NCBI GenBank assembly: GCA_001793095.1
Contig: MGHG01000009.1
Location: 221,849 to 285,848 of the forward strand
Length of the DNA stretch: 64,000 nucleotides
Direction of reading: 5' to 3'
Origin: Candidatus Woesebacteria bacterium RIFCSPLOWO2_01_FULL_39_23
GTDB lineage: Bacteria; Patescibacteriota; Microgenomatia; UBA8517
The number at the start of each line of letters is the position of its first letter. The first letter of the stretch is position 1. The notes under the pieces are model-generated. The model was not told where the DNA came from. It saw only the letters and a program-made list of their open reading frames with translations, and did not search any database. This document shows, in pieces, positions 30,031 through 41,812 of this stretch. A program made the translations under genes and the position numbers.

Positions 30031-31443
30031 TTATTTATTATTACTAGAATTCTTTTTATCCGTTGCATCACCAAAAATAAACTTAATATTGTTATCGGAG
30101 AATACGCCCACCCCAACATATGCCAACACTAGTGGTGTCAATGGCATCATCGCTCTTTGGACCGATATATCTACTTGATTCCACGAAGTATTAACAAAAC
30201 TAAATAAGTATGTGCCCAACATAAAATAGACGGACATTCCTAAAATATAAAAAGGAAAGTAAACATGTTCCTTAGTATTTACGCTTTTCTTTAACAACTT
30301 AATTCCCCAAAATCCTAAAGTAATGAAAAATAATGCATAAATCCATTTATAAGCCCAAAATGACCTGGCAAGATAATATACTACTTCCCAAACCCGTATA
30401 AAAGAAAAGTTATTAATACCCCCCATAATTGAACTTGAAATATAATCCTGTTCCGAAGCATATATAAAACCTTTATTCATGAGTGTAATTATTTTCCACC
30501 AGAATTGACCGGATATCGTGACCGTAATTATACCTAACAACAACCTGAGTCTTTCTTTTTTTATTACGAGCATGCTTACTATTAATCCAAGAACATAAAA
30601 TATGTATAATGATTCAAGGTTTCTAACTTGGGTACTTATTATTATTAAAAACAAAGATAATATTAATAAACCCTTTCTTCTTTTGCTTAACCATTCATAG
30701 AAATAAAGAACTCCCAAAACAAAATAATAAACATACGGAACGTTTGAATATTCGATTATCGAAATCTTGAAAAAATAATATGAACTTGCCAATAAGAAAG
30801 TGAGTATACCGGAAACGGAAATATTAATTTTACTTCTTCTCAAAAACTTATAGAAGAGATAAATAAATCCAACATTTAGAACTACATAAACCCATTTTGG
30901 GTTATTTATACCGTCCAAATACGAAATCGCATGTAAATTTGATGTTAGAAGCGGATATGAAAAATAATACAAACCTCCGGATTTAAGCTGGGCTGGTTTA
31001 GAATAACTGGCCAGATCCGTAAGTGTATGTTCTTGGCTAAAATAACGCCCCCTAAAATCGTAAAGCGCAACGGCGTCCCACATATTTACCGGCCATACTA
31101 ATAGTGAGAATGTAATTACAAATTCAATAATAATCGTGACTAAGATAAACAGTGAAGATATTAAATATTTATTTAGGTTTAATTTAAGTAATAAGCATGG
31201 ATTTATGATATTCCGTTTCTTTGTTCTCGGTATCTTCAAAATTATAATAAGTGAGATAATCCAGCAAAATACAATAATAATTAATTTATTTATCGGGGAA
31301 AATACTAAATTTATAGTAATTATGAAATTTACGATTCCAAAACCTACTCCAAACCCCAATATTAACTTTTCTAAAATGTTATATTTTGGAACTAACACTG
31401 AAACCAACAAGCAACCGAAAATTAATATGGATATACTTAACAT
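30031..31443 (-). CDS. GT-C fold-like membrane protein (module copy 2, subunit B)
   Basis: WP...WDA.ALYD.RGR, YYFSYPLLTS; paralog of 32537-33931. Confidence 0.75.
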   Translation of the reverse strand: MLSISILIFGCLLVSVLVPKYNILEKLILGFGVGFGIVNFIITINLVFSPINKLIIIVFCWIISLIIILKIPRTKKRNIINPCLLLKLNLNKYLISSLFILVTIIIEFVITFSLLVWPVNMWDAVALYDFRGRYFSQEHTLTDLASYSKPAQLKSGGLYYFSYPLLTSNLHAISYLDGINNPKWVYVVLNVGFIYLFYKFLRRSKINISVSGILTFLLASSYYFFKISIIEYSNVPYVYYFVLGVLYFYEWLSKRRKGLLILSLFLIIISTQVRNLESLYIFYVLGLIVSMLVIKKERLRLLLGIITVTISGQFWWKIITLMNKGFIYASEQDYISSSIMGGINNFSFIRVWEVVYYLARSFWAYKWIYALFFITLGFWGIKLLKKSVNTKEHVYFPFYILGMSVYFMLGTYLFSFVNTSWNQVDISVQRAMMPLTPLVLAYVGVGVFSDNNIKFIFGDATDKKNSSNNK

Positions 31444-31444
31444 T

Positions 31445-32524
31445 TTATTTTCTCAAAATAATCAACCCCTTTTTGCCGCTGTATAAATTTGAATCAGGTG
31501 TATATATATTTGTTTTAATAGATCCGGCATTAAATATCTTAATTGCACTGACATTTAAAGTTAGATCGGGGAATCCTCTTCTCGGTATAGATCCTTCAGG
31601 AGCTAATTCATTGGGGCCTATCAAAAGCGCGTGTGTAATAGTTTCAGAGGGATAATCTGACTTAATATCCTCATCGTTAACCAAAATTCTCGGATAAAGA
31701 AAATACCTCAATACGACCTGACTACCTTCCCACAAAAAGGGTCCAACTACTGCAGGGTGATAAATTACAGAATCTTCAGTAGTATTATTTTTAATAAATA
31801 ACATATAGCTATAAAACGCTCCCCATTTAAATCCCATTTTTTCGTCATAACTCTTTCCTACATATTTCCATGTATTAACAAATTCGGAAGTTAGCGGGCT
31901 TATTAAGTTTGAAATATTTTCGAAACTCAAAAAAAGTATACAAATAAATATCAACAAACTACGGAAGGATAATTTATGTAGGTAAATAAAAAATAAATTT
32001 ATGCTGTTTATTCCCTTATTTAATATTTTTAATACTCTAATACTTATAGCTTTAGGGAAAGTAAATTTGATTCTTAGTTTTTCGTAGTTAATGTGTGGTA
32101 ATTTTTTGATAACAGGCAATTTCACTCTCGAAATTGATATCAGATAAAATATCGAAGTCAGTACGATAAAAATCATATTTTGGTAGTAAACATGGTAAGT
32201 TGAAAAAACATAATTCGAATAATTACTACTTTCTATGTATCCGAAAATTAGATAAAAACTAAAAAATATTGGCGTAGTTACTGCTGCAATAATATTTGCC
32301 ACGTTATTATTATTGCTTTTGAAATAATTCGTATGTGCTGTATTAATAAAATGGGGAATTAAACTTAATACAGAGATTAAAAATATGGGTATATTTTCAT
32401 TTAATCTAAAAATCCCGGGATGAATAAACGTTTCTCCTAAGTAAAAAATATAACTTATTAATAATGTTAAAACATAAACTCTTTTGTAATATTTATTAAA
32501 ATAAACCGGAATTAAATTCAACAT
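31445..32524 (-). CDS. Hypothetical membrane protein (module copy 2, subunit A)
   Basis: Paralog of 33939-35012 (NY.FST.H, FY.YM..IK..T..DS.I, RYFL.PR.L). Confidence 0.75.
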   Translation of the reverse strand: MLNLIPVYFNKYYKRVYVLTLLISYIFYLGETFIHPGIFRLNENIPIFLISVLSLIPHFINTAHTNYFKSNNNNVANIIAAVTTPIFFSFYLIFGYIESSNYSNYVFSTYHVYYQNMIFIVLTSIFYLISISRVKLPVIKKLPHINYEKLRIKFTFPKAISIRVLKILNKGINSINLFFIYLHKLSFRSLLIFICILFLSFENISNLISPLTSEFVNTWKYVGKSYDEKMGFKWGAFYSYMLFIKNNTTEDSVIYHPAVVGPFLWEGSQVVLRYFLYPRILVNDEDIKSDYPSETITHALLIGPNELAPEGSIPRRGFPDLTLNVSAIKIFNAGSIKTNIYTPDSNLYSGKKGLIILRK

Positions 32525-32536
32525 TCTCTATTTATA

Positions 32537-33931
32537 TCAATGTTTGTTTTTAACAATCATTTTTTCTAGCGGGTTACCGATTGCGACAAGTAAATAAGAA
32601 AAAGGGTATATAAATAAACCCGTTCTTGATATCGAGTCAAAAATTTCTTTTCTTTCCTGAAATTCTATACTTACTATCAACGTTCCCAAAAAGAGAACCA
32701 CCATATCCATCATGAATATGGTGGCAGTAATTCTCAAAAAGTCCGATTTAATTACTTTGGACTTATATTGAAGTAGGGAGATTAATCCTACAGTCGACAA
32801 TAATGCAAATAATATTATATTATCCTGTAAAAATAACAAAATTATTTTTATTGCCTCTAACATATACTCGATCTTAAAATTAGCCAGAACTTTTGCAAAA
32901 ATATTAATATTCAAGCTATTTATAAAAAAGCTGTTTGCATATTTAAGCGCAGTGTTTTTCCACAAATATCTTACAAGTAGTGGAAAAAAGATATATGCAG
33001 GAAAATAAATATAACCTTGTTTATTTTTTATAATCCAAAATAACAAAAACAATATATTTACTAAATAGAACGGCTCCACAGATCTCGACCAAATACTACC
33101 ACCCAATAATATTCCGGAAATAAACATTGCTCCAAGCTGACTTCTATTGGATTTGTTAGCCAATATTTCTGAGAGAATAACAGTAGACAAAAAATAATAA
33201 AAAATATATATCAAGTTCGTATACGAAATGATAGCTTGCCGTAAAATATTCGGGGTGAAAATAAATAAATACGTATAAAATATTGCGTAATTACCGGATC
33301 TTTTTTTGATGGTCGAATAAAAGAATAACCCCAATAATATAAAGGTAAGAGGATAAAGAACTTGCGGCGATCTTCCACCCAGTAAATAAATTTGTGCGTG
33401 AAAGATAGAGGTTAACAATGGATAAGAAAAATAATATCCGGGATTATTAGGATCAAATCTATCAAGTTTTGCTAGATCATTAAATAAATATCCCTGTGAC
33501 AATAATCTACCCCTCAAATCGTATAATGCTAAAGCGTCCCAATCAGTTATAGGCCAATATACGGCTATAATTATTATAAATACAAATAATAATGTGGTTG
33601 AAATTAAAATTAATTTATATATTAACTTCTCACTTGAAAAATATTCTTTTAGTCGATATATAAATAATCTCTTATTTTCTATTTTATTTATAAAATTTTT
33701 GCCCCCAAATATTAAGGATAAAATTAAAAAAGCATATGTCGTTAATACAATAAAATTAAAACTCAATGGTCTGTCCAAACTTAATAAAATAAAACTAGTA
33801 AAAGTAATAAAGAATATACCTAATGCAAATCCAATTGATAATATTTCAATAAAACTGCGTTCTGGAATAATACTTAAGGTTAATATTAGTCCCGCGAATG
33901 AAATTAAAAAGATAAAAATTATCCAATTCAT
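32537..33931 (-). CDS. GT-C fold-like membrane protein (module copy 1, subunit B)
   Basis: WPITDWDALALYDLRGR, YYFSYPLLTS. Confidence 0.75.
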   Translation of the reverse strand: MNWIIFIFLISFAGLILTLSIIPERSFIEILSIGFALGIFFITFTSFILLSLDRPLSFNFIVLTTYAFLILSLIFGGKNFINKIENKRLFIYRLKEYFSSEKLIYKLILISTTLLFVFIIIIAVYWPITDWDALALYDLRGRLLSQGYLFNDLAKLDRFDPNNPGYYFSYPLLTSIFHAQIYLLGGRSPQVLYPLTFILLGLFFYSTIKKRSGNYAIFYTYLFIFTPNILRQAIISYTNLIYIFYYFLSTVILSEILANKSNRSQLGAMFISGILLGGSIWSRSVEPFYLVNILFLLFWIIKNKQGYIYFPAYIFFPLLVRYLWKNTALKYANSFFINSLNINIFAKVLANFKIEYMLEAIKIILLFLQDNIILFALLSTVGLISLLQYKSKVIKSDFLRITATIFMMDMVVLFLGTLIVSIEFQERKEIFDSISRTGLFIYPFSYLLVAIGNPLEKMIVKNKH

Positions 33932-33938
33932 TTATTTA

Positions 33939-35012
33939 TTAATTTAATTTAATTAATCCGTAAGAACCCGCATTATATCCATCTGAAGGTATATATTCAT
34001 GTGTAATGTATTTCACACGCTTAGAATTTAAGTCGAAATAATAAACAGAATCCGCTTCTATTGAAAATTTCGGCCATCCATAATCGTCACTATTAGCGGG
34101 TGGGAATCCTTCATTACCCCACGCAATCATCACATAATCTACGACGTTACGCCATTCCGGATTTTCCTCATAATAAAGATTTCTGGGAAATAAAAAATAT
34201 CTCACTAATCTCTGATTACCTTCCAGCTGCCAAGGATTTTTCTGTGGTGGCATTAATATATTTGAATCAGGCGGAGTATGTACCTTGATCATCTCCATGT
34301 AATTATAAAAATTACCGTAAGATGCATAAAATTTATATTCAGTTTTTTGCGGATAACTCATTGACAAATTTTTCAGAATTGGCGCAGAGTTTTTTATCAT
34401 ATAGTCAAATAGATTTACACTATTGTCCGACGACACAAAAAGCAGCAATGAGATAAAAAATATTTCTGAAAAAAAAATAGCCAGAGAAGTAATATTGATC
34501 AGTTTTAAATCGCTAAATATTTTATAATAATTTTTATTAATTTTTAAGTGTAGTGTTGGTTTATGTATAGAAATAAATCTTAAACGTAAACCTTGACTTT
34601 TTATAACATTACATAGAACTAAAATGCCGCTAAATATCACTATTCTATTATAATTTTCAGGTTGAATATGCAAAGTCGAAAAAATATAGTTTGGATAATG
34701 GTTGGCTTCTATTATATTCATAAGTACCGAGATTAAGAGTAATACGGGAAAAAGAAGACTGTTAGCGTACAAAAAGATTGTTGGTAAAAGGGCGGTTCCT
34801 TTCTGTTTGGCATGACCATAAAATGTGTCTACAATACCGAAACCTGCGGCAATAATTATTAACAAGGTTGTATCAATATATAGATTTTTAAATAAAAAAC
34901 CTCTATAAGTAAAAGATTCAACAATTAAACTAAAAAAAGTGATTGTTGATAAAAAAGGGAAGATTTGATTAATATATCTTGTCAAATTCTCAAACTTAAT
35001 AGGTTTTAACAT
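33939..35012 (-). CDS. Hypothetical membrane protein (module copy 1, subunit A)
   Basis: About 5 TM plus soluble C-terminus; paralog of 31445-32524. Confidence 0.75.
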   Translation of the reverse strand: MLKPIKFENLTRYINQIFPFLSTITFFSLIVESFTYRGFLFKNLYIDTTLLIIIAAGFGIVDTFYGHAKQKGTALLPTIFLYANSLLFPVLLLISVLMNIIEANHYPNYIFSTLHIQPENYNRIVIFSGILVLCNVIKSQGLRLRFISIHKPTLHLKINKNYYKIFSDLKLINITSLAIFFSEIFFISLLLFVSSDNSVNLFDYMIKNSAPILKNLSMSYPQKTEYKFYASYGNFYNYMEMIKVHTPPDSNILMPPQKNPWQLEGNQRLVRYFLFPRNLYYEENPEWRNVVDYVMIAWGNEGFPPANSDDYGWPKFSIEADSVYYFDLNSKRVKYITHEYIPSDGYNAGSYGLIKLN

Positions 35013-35018
35013 AATAAT

Positions 35019-35807
35019 TTACACCTTCTTAAGCCAAACGTAGAAGCTCGCGCAAAATAATCCAGGGGATAACGACACCATGTTTTCTCTTAATTTTTTT
35101 GGGATAAGAAAATTAATAGTTTGCCACAAAGTTTTTAGTATCGTTAATTTGGTTTTATTTTCTCCAGTCTGCTCTAAGTATTCAATCGCCAATTCGGGCT
35201 GACTATAATGATTCAGCGTACCAAAATCAAAATATTTTTTTTCAATTTTAAAACCACTAGTTTCTACAAACTTTTGAAAACCAGCCCATGTAAAAAATAT
35301 TTTATGCATGTAGTCCCAGTCGTTAAACACCTTGGTATGATCATGCAGTGTTGTTTTCCAGACAATACCCTTACCTAGTAATATCCTTATCCTCATTGGT
35401 AAATAAAAATGGTTTGGAACATTTATAACAGCGTATCCGGTTCTCTTCAGGCTTAGCTTAATGTGGTTCATTAGGATTTTGGGTTCGTATAAATGTTCCA
35501 AAATATCTTTAGCTACAATTATGTCGAAATATTTTTCCTTTAATTTGAAGGGTTTATTCAAATCCTGCTTTATTATTTTGATACCCAATTTCTTGCAAAC
35601 ATTAATAGACTCTTTGGAATAATCAGTTCCCCAAACTTCATTATTCCCAAGAAGAAACTTAACATCCCTTGCTGTTCCTATGCCAAAAATCAATATTTTC
35701 TTTCCTACAATACTTTTACCCTTTGTAATTTTGAAGTCTGGTAAATCTAAATCGTGGTAGACTTTGTGAGTATAAATATCATTATAAAACCTTTCTTGAT
35801 TGTTCAT
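35019..35807 (-). CDS. Class I SAM-dependent methyltransferase
   Basis: FGIGTA, DLNKPF, FDII...DILEHL..P, VPN. Confidence 0.85.
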   Translation of the reverse strand: MNNQERFYNDIYTHKVYHDLDLPDFKITKGKSIVGKKILIFGIGTARDVKFLLGNNEVWGTDYSKESINVCKKLGIKIIKQDLNKPFKLKEKYFDIIVAKDILEHLYEPKILMNHIKLSLKRTGYAVINVPNHFYLPMRIRILLGKGIVWKTTLHDHTKVFNDWDYMHKIFFTWAGFQKFVETSGFKIEKKYFDFGTLNHYSQPELAIEYLEQTGENKTKLTILKTLWQTINFLIPKKLRENMVSLSPGLFCASFYVWLKKV

Positions 35808-35812
35808 TATAT

Positions 35813-36574
35813 TTACTGTTTTTTTTTAAATAACACACAGACAGAGCCTCCCATTTGGTTAACCAAAGGTATCTTTGCCGCAACCCGTTCTAAAATAAAA
35901 TCGATTTTTCTCTTAAAGTCAAAGGGAAATACTTTAATGGGAATTATATATTCTGATGTACTAATATTTATTTTCACAAAATTTTTCAATATACTCTGGA
36001 TGGTCAACGGATTAATGGCCCATTCACCGGGTGAATCACCAATTATCCTCTTCAGAAGTGGCGTCGATTTAATAAGAAAAACTATTGGGTTGAGTAAATT
36101 GGGCTCATAAAAGAAAAGTAACCCACTCGGTTTCAATACCCGGTAAGCTTCTTTTCTAAATTTTTCCAAATCAAGGTGATGCAGAACATAAAATCCAAAC
36201 AAAACATCGATAGATTCTGTCTTCAGGCCAGTATCATACGCACTCTTTGCAATAAATTTAACATTTTTATGTTTAGCACATTTTCTTTTGGCGATTTCTA
36301 AAATTTGAGGCGAAATATCCAAACCATATATTGAACTCTCGGGAAAAGATTTCGCAATATGACGGGTATACTCTCCGGTTCCACAACCTATTTCTAGTAT
36401 CTTAATGCTCTTATTGTTGCTTCCAAAATTTCGGATAGCATCTATTATCTTTTTACTCTTTTTATTAATTTTATATTTTGTGAAGGGATCCATATATCCA
36501 TAGTTAACATCATAAGAATTAGCTAACATATCGAAGTGCTCCCTTTCAGTTTTTTCTCCTATTGTTATTTTCAT
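35813..36574 (-). CDS. Class I SAM-dependent methyltransferase (Methyltransf_11-like)
   Basis: ILEIGCGTG, GLDIS, VLHHL, RVLKPSG, EPN. Confidence 0.92.
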   Translation of the reverse strand: MKITIGEKTEREHFDMLANSYDVNYGYMDPFTKYKINKKSKKIIDAIRNFGSNNKSIKILEIGCGTGEYTRHIAKSFPESSIYGLDISPQILEIAKRKCAKHKNVKFIAKSAYDTGLKTESIDVLFGFYVLHHLDLEKFRKEAYRVLKPSGLLFFYEPNLLNPIVFLIKSTPLLKRIIGDSPGEWAINPLTIQSILKNFVKINISTSEYIIPIKVFPFDFKRKIDFILERVAAKIPLVNQMGGSVCVLFKKKQ

Positions 36575-36610
36575 GAATTAATTATTTCAATTTCAATACT
36601 ATCACCAAAT

Positions 36611-37552
<942 letters not shown>

Positions 37553-38560
37553 CTATACCTTTTTATTTATGCCTACTTTTTTAAAATCTGAATTGAGCAT
37601 GATTTTTACTAGTTCTTTAAACGTAACATTTGGTTTCCATCCAAGTTTTCTTTTTGCTTTTGAAAAATCGCCTTGTAAGGCATTAACCTCAGTCGGTCGT
37701 AAATATCTCTCATCAAATCTGACGTGTCTTTTCCAATTCAATCCTGAAAGTGAAAACGCCAGTTCAACAAATTCTTTTACGCTGTGCATCTCACCCGTAG
37801 CAATTACAAAATCATCGGCTTTTTTTTGTTGCAGCATCGTCCACATTGCCTTAACATATTCCGGCGCATACCCCCAGTCACGCTTAGCTTCTAAATTTCC
37901 CAAATAAAGCTTATCCTGATTACCAACCAAAATATTAGCGATAGCCATCGTTACTTTTCGAGTTAAAAAAGTCTCTCCCCTTCTTGGGGATTCGTGATTA
38001 AATAGAATTCCGTTTACCGCAAAAATACCGTAAGCTTCCCGATAATTTCGTATGGCTTCACAAGCCATAACTTTCGCAATAGCGTAAGGACTGCGTGGTA
38101 AAAAAAGTGTACTTTCGTTTTGTGGTGGAGGTGAAGCGCCGTACATTTCGCTGCTCGAGGCCTGGTACAGTTTAGTATTCAGTTTAAGGTCTCTAATAGC
38201 ATTTAAAATTCTTAGCACACCCATACCTGTAACATTCAGCGTATACTCCGGTAAATCGAAACTTACTCTGACGTGACTTTGGGCGGCCAAATTATAAATC
38301 TCATGAGGTTGAATAGTTTCCAACAATTTATAAATAGTACTACCATCCGCTATGTCTCCGTAATGTAAAAATAGCCTTGTTCCCCTTTCGTGTGGATCTC
38401 GGTAAATATGATCAAGCCTCGAGGTGTTGAAAGTACTCGAGCGGCGGATTATCCCATGTACTTCGTAATCTTTACGGAGCAAAAGTTCGGCCAAATATGA
38501 ACCGTCCTGGCCGGTAATTCCAGTTATAAGAGCTTTTTTACGTTTTATGGTCTTAACCAT
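37553..38560 (-). CDS. gmd: GDP-mannose 4,6-dehydratase
   Basis: [52 protein letters not shown]. Confidence 0.97.
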   Translation of the reverse strand: MVKTIKRKKALITGITGQDGSYLAELLLRKDYEVHGIIRRSSTFNTSRLDHIYRDPHERGTRLFLHYGDIADGSTIYKLLETIQPHEIYNLAAQSHVRVSFDLPEYTLNVTGMGVLRILNAIRDLKLNTKLYQASSSEMYGASPPPQNESTLFLPRSPYAIAKVMACEAIRNYREAYGIFAVNGILFNHESPRRGETFLTRKVTMAIANILVGNQDKLYLGNLEAKRDWGYAPEYVKAMWTMLQQKKADDFVIATGEMHSVKEFVELAFSLSGLNWKRHVRFDERYLRPTEVNALQGDFSKAKRKLGWKPNVTFKELVKIMLNSDFKKVGINKKV

Positions 38561-38573
38561 ATATCGTTAATTT

Positions 38574-40031
38574 CTAATATCCAATAAATTGTCTGGCTTT
38601 AATCTCGTACGCATCGGCAGATACATAATCATTACCATAATATACCCTAAAATTTCCAGGATAATATACATAAAAATAATTCTGGTCCGACAATGTTGTC
38701 CTAATAATCTGAGATGGTTTCCAGGGTAAATCCAAATCCTCAGGAGTATCAATAAACACAATTTTATCGTATTTAGTAAAAATATCTCCATTATTCTGAA
38801 AATAAGCATTGACTCTTTTTGCGGTTTTTTCACCTTGAGTTATCCAGTTTGTTTCAGACGTTAAATTTAGAGTAATAAAAGAAAGAAAAAACCAGACGAT
38901 TAAATAAATAGCAGATTGCAGTTGGGAGCTGGTAGATAGAAGAAACGCAATAACAATAACAAAACCAACTAGGGGAAGAGTCAGATAAAAGGTAAACTTG
39001 TGGAGAGGAAGGAAGAGAACTGGAGTGAGAGAAACAAGGAAGAAGAATGCCGAATATAGAATGGTGAATAATGAATTATGGGTAAAAAACTTTTTGAAAT
39101 TTGTTACAAGCATATAAACTAAAAGTGTGATCTCAATTATAAATAAAATACATATCGGGATCATGTAGTCTGACCAGAATTTAAATAAGTTAGGATTGAT
39201 ATGAAATCCAGGACCTATAAAATCAACAAGCATCTCGGGAACATTCAAAGACCATGAGCCATACCAGAAAATTGTATTTACAACTCTCGGGGAAAAGTCC
39301 CAAATGTATGAATCACCGGATGCAAAACCATAATGAAAAATACGGAAGTACAGGTAGGCAGCAAGTAGTAGGAAGTAAGGAAACATTAATTTAAGAGCAG
39401 TAGATAGGGAAAGTTTTCTTTCAACTTCCGGTTTTTTTGCATACTTTAAATATATAAATGTTATTAGTAAAAGGAACGGGGTAACTATAGCGGTTTCTTT
39501 TGAAGCAAGGGCCAGGATGAAGGTAATAAGCGATAAGTAATAAGTTATAGGGTGATTTTGTTTCAGGTATTTAATTAGTAAAATAACCGACAGCAAAACA
39601 AATATCGTGTAACCGAATTCCTGAGTTGAAAGGGAGTATAGTCTGCCGAAATTCGTTGCCGACGTCATATATAAAAAAACAGACATATTAGCCATTTTCC
39701 TCGTTAAACCCAATTCTGTAACTAATTTATAGATCAGATAGCCTGTAATGAGAAATGCCGCAAACATTATAATCCTTAAGGGTATCGGGCTTAAATTAAA
39801 TAACCAAGCTAGGGTAAAAAAAACTTGTGTCGTCAGAGGTCTAAAGTGGGTAAAGCCCTGATGCGCCCTGGTAATATCAAAGTAAGAAAGAAAATTTCCT
39901 AATGTTGAAGGTTTGCTGATATTTAGAACGAAAAAATCATCATTTGTGTAAAAATAGTTGAATGAAGGGTAAAATAAAATAAGTGTTGAAATAACTATAA
40001 TTAAGGACCAAAAATATTTTCTCTTAAACAT
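38574..40031 (-). CDS. GT-C fold-like membrane protein with several 7-bp-period tracts
   Basis: DDF...FRPL first loop, ALASKETA, polytopic. Confidence 0.78.
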   Translation of the reverse strand: MFKRKYFWSLIIVISTLILFYPSFNYFYTNDDFFVLNISKPSTLGNFLSYFDITRAHQGFTHFRPLTTQVFFTLAWLFNLSPIPLRIIMFAAFLITGYLIYKLVTELGLTRKMANMSVFLYMTSATNFGRLYSLSTQEFGYTIFVLLSVILLIKYLKQNHPITYYLSLITFILALASKETAIVTPFLLLITFIYLKYAKKPEVERKLSLSTALKLMFPYFLLLAAYLYFRIFHYGFASGDSYIWDFSPRVVNTIFWYGSWSLNVPEMLVDFIGPGFHINPNLFKFWSDYMIPICILFIIEITLLVYMLVTNFKKFFTHNSLFTILYSAFFFLVSLTPVLFLPLHKFTFYLTLPLVGFVIVIAFLLSTSSQLQSAIYLIVWFFLSFITLNLTSETNWITQGEKTAKRVNAYFQNNGDIFTKYDKIVFIDTPEDLDLPWKPSQIIRTTLSDQNYFYVYYPGNFRVYYGNDYVSADAYEIKARQFIGY

Positions 40032-40803
40032 TTTTAACTACCATTTTCCTTCCCCAATTATGAATAAAGTGAAGGGCAAGTACAAAAGGATTATTAGTGT
40101 GTAGTTTAACTATCTTCCAATCCTCACTCAGCGTTTTGTCAAACTCGTCCTTAGAAAAACTACGTTCAGGTATTCTAAAAGAAGAAAGGTATTTATTAAT
40201 TACTGCCGGCATCTTTGATCGTCCCACACGAAGCCACAATTCATACTCCATAATAAATCTTGTGTTACCTCTGAAAAGCCCATATTTTTCGAAAACCTTG
40301 GTACTCATAAAAACGGAGGGTTGCATAAGGTAGTTAACCATTAAAAGCAATGGGTAATAATTGATCATTAATAATAAATTTTTATAAGTAGTAATATGTC
40401 TTGTTATTTCCCTTCCTCCACCATCAATAACCCTGCCTCTTCCTGCCAGCCATATTGTGTTGGGATTGGTCCTGAAATACTCACCCACAATACGCAAAGA
40501 TCCTTTTTCATACACGTCATCGGCATTAATAAAAGCAAGTAGTTCTCCTTTGGCCTTACTAAGACCTTTGTTAATTGCGTCTAGCTGCCCATCGTCTTTC
40601 TCTTTATACAATTTAATAACATTATGGTATTTTTTTTCATATGTACGAATTATTTCCAGACTGCCATCAGTTGAACCGGGGTCCTGGATAATAACCTCAA
40701 GATTAGGATAATTTTGCCGTATAATTGATTCGAGCGTTTCACCTATATACTTGACTTTATTATATGAAGGAATAACTATGGAGATCTTCGGAAGTAATTT
40801 CAT
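40024..40803 (-). CDS. GT2 glycosyltransferase (WcaE/Rv2957-like)
   Basis: SIVIPSYN, D.GSTDGS, EKDDGQLDAINKG, INADD, QPSVF. Confidence 0.92.
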   Translation of the reverse strand: MKLLPKISIVIPSYNKVKYIGETLESIIRQNYPNLEVIIQDPGSTDGSLEIIRTYEKKYHNVIKLYKEKDDGQLDAINKGLSKAKGELLAFINADDVYEKGSLRIVGEYFRTNPNTIWLAGRGRVIDGGGREITRHITTYKNLLLMINYYPLLLMVNYLMQPSVFMSTKVFEKYGLFRGNTRFIMEYELWLRVGRSKMPAVINKYLSSFRIPERSFSKDEFDKTLSEDWKIVKLHTNNPFVLALHFIHNWGRKMVVKNV

Positions 40804-41147
40804 TTTGTTTTCTTGGATTTATCAGCATTTTTTATTGCATCACGTCGGATAAATTCCTCAAATTTATTTTCATACTTTCGGGTCTTCACATATATCCTCG
40901 CTACCATAAATATCACCAAAATAAACCCGCCCACCACCATCAAATCAAACAACCTAGTAATAAAAAATGTTCTTGCAAATGTCCTTAATATTTGAGGAAA
41001 AATAATAATTAACGCCGTTAATATCCATATTGTAAACCAGGAATAAAACTCAAGAGCATCAATATCGCGTCTTTTAAAATGCAGCAGTGCAAAATAAATC
41101 ATTGAAAAAGCGAAAAGTAAGGCAATTATTTGCAGACCAAATATCAT
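40800..41147 (-). CDS. DUF2304-like small membrane protein
   Basis: 115 aa, 3 TM, W..IW...FP...R..D, C-terminal coiled coil; directly follows a DPM-synthase-like GT2. Confidence 0.75.
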   Translation of the reverse strand: MIFGLQIIALLFAFSMIYFALLHFKRRDIDALEFYSWFTIWILTALIIIFPQILRTFARTFFITRLFDLMVVGGFILVIFMVARIYVKTRKYENKFEEFIRRDAIKNADKSKKTK

Positions 41148-41800
41148 AAACTAAACCTCCATTTAATTACATCAAAAAAAATAGAAAAGGCATCCAATAT
41201 AGTTACGCCTTTTACCCCATCCAAGTATATCGTCTGAACAGTAACACTGCAATGTTTCAGGTTGCGTTTGGCACATCGCACGACCATTTCTGTCTCGACA
41301 GCGTAACCTGTTGAACTCCATATAATTTCCTTGAAAGCGGCTTGTGTTATCGCCCGAAATCCGCAAAGAAGATCGCTAACCTTTATACCAAAAAGTAAAT
41401 AAACTAATACTATGCCAATTCGATTTCCCATTCCTCTTATAACCGGAACATCACGAGCAATTCTTCTGACACCGAACACTACCTCGCATTTTCCTTTTTC
41501 AAGTTTTTCTATAAATTTACTTATATCATCTGGGTTGTGTTGACCGTCGGAATCAATAAAAATAACCGCTTCGGCACCGTTTGCAAAAGCATAACTCGCA
41601 CCGGATTTCATAGCAGCGCCTTTACCAAGGTTAACTTTATGCTTAATAACCGTTGCATATGGCTTCGCAATTGCATTCGTATTATCGGTCGAACCATCAT
41701 CAACTACCACAATATCATATCCTGTTTTCTTAACTCCTTCCAACACTTTTTTGATATGCTTGCTTTCGTTATAAGTAGGTATAACTATAAATATTTTCAT
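41144..41800 (-). CDS. Polyprenol-phosphate glycosyltransferase (DPM1/Ppm1-like GT2)
   Basis: IPTYNE, VDDGSTDNT, NLGKGAA, IDSDGQH, GVR, D..CGFRA, YAVETEM. Confidence 0.9.
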   Translation of the reverse strand: MKIFIVIPTYNESKHIKKVLEGVKKTGYDIVVVDDGSTDNTNAIAKPYATVIKHKVNLGKGAAMKSGASYAFANGAEAVIFIDSDGQHNPDDISKFIEKLEKGKCEVVFGVRRIARDVPVIRGMGNRIGIVLVYLLFGIKVSDLLCGFRAITQAAFKEIIWSSTGYAVETEMVVRCAKRNLKHCSVTVQTIYLDGVKGVTILDAFSIFFDVIKWRFSL

Positions 41801-41812
41801 GACTTTATCACT

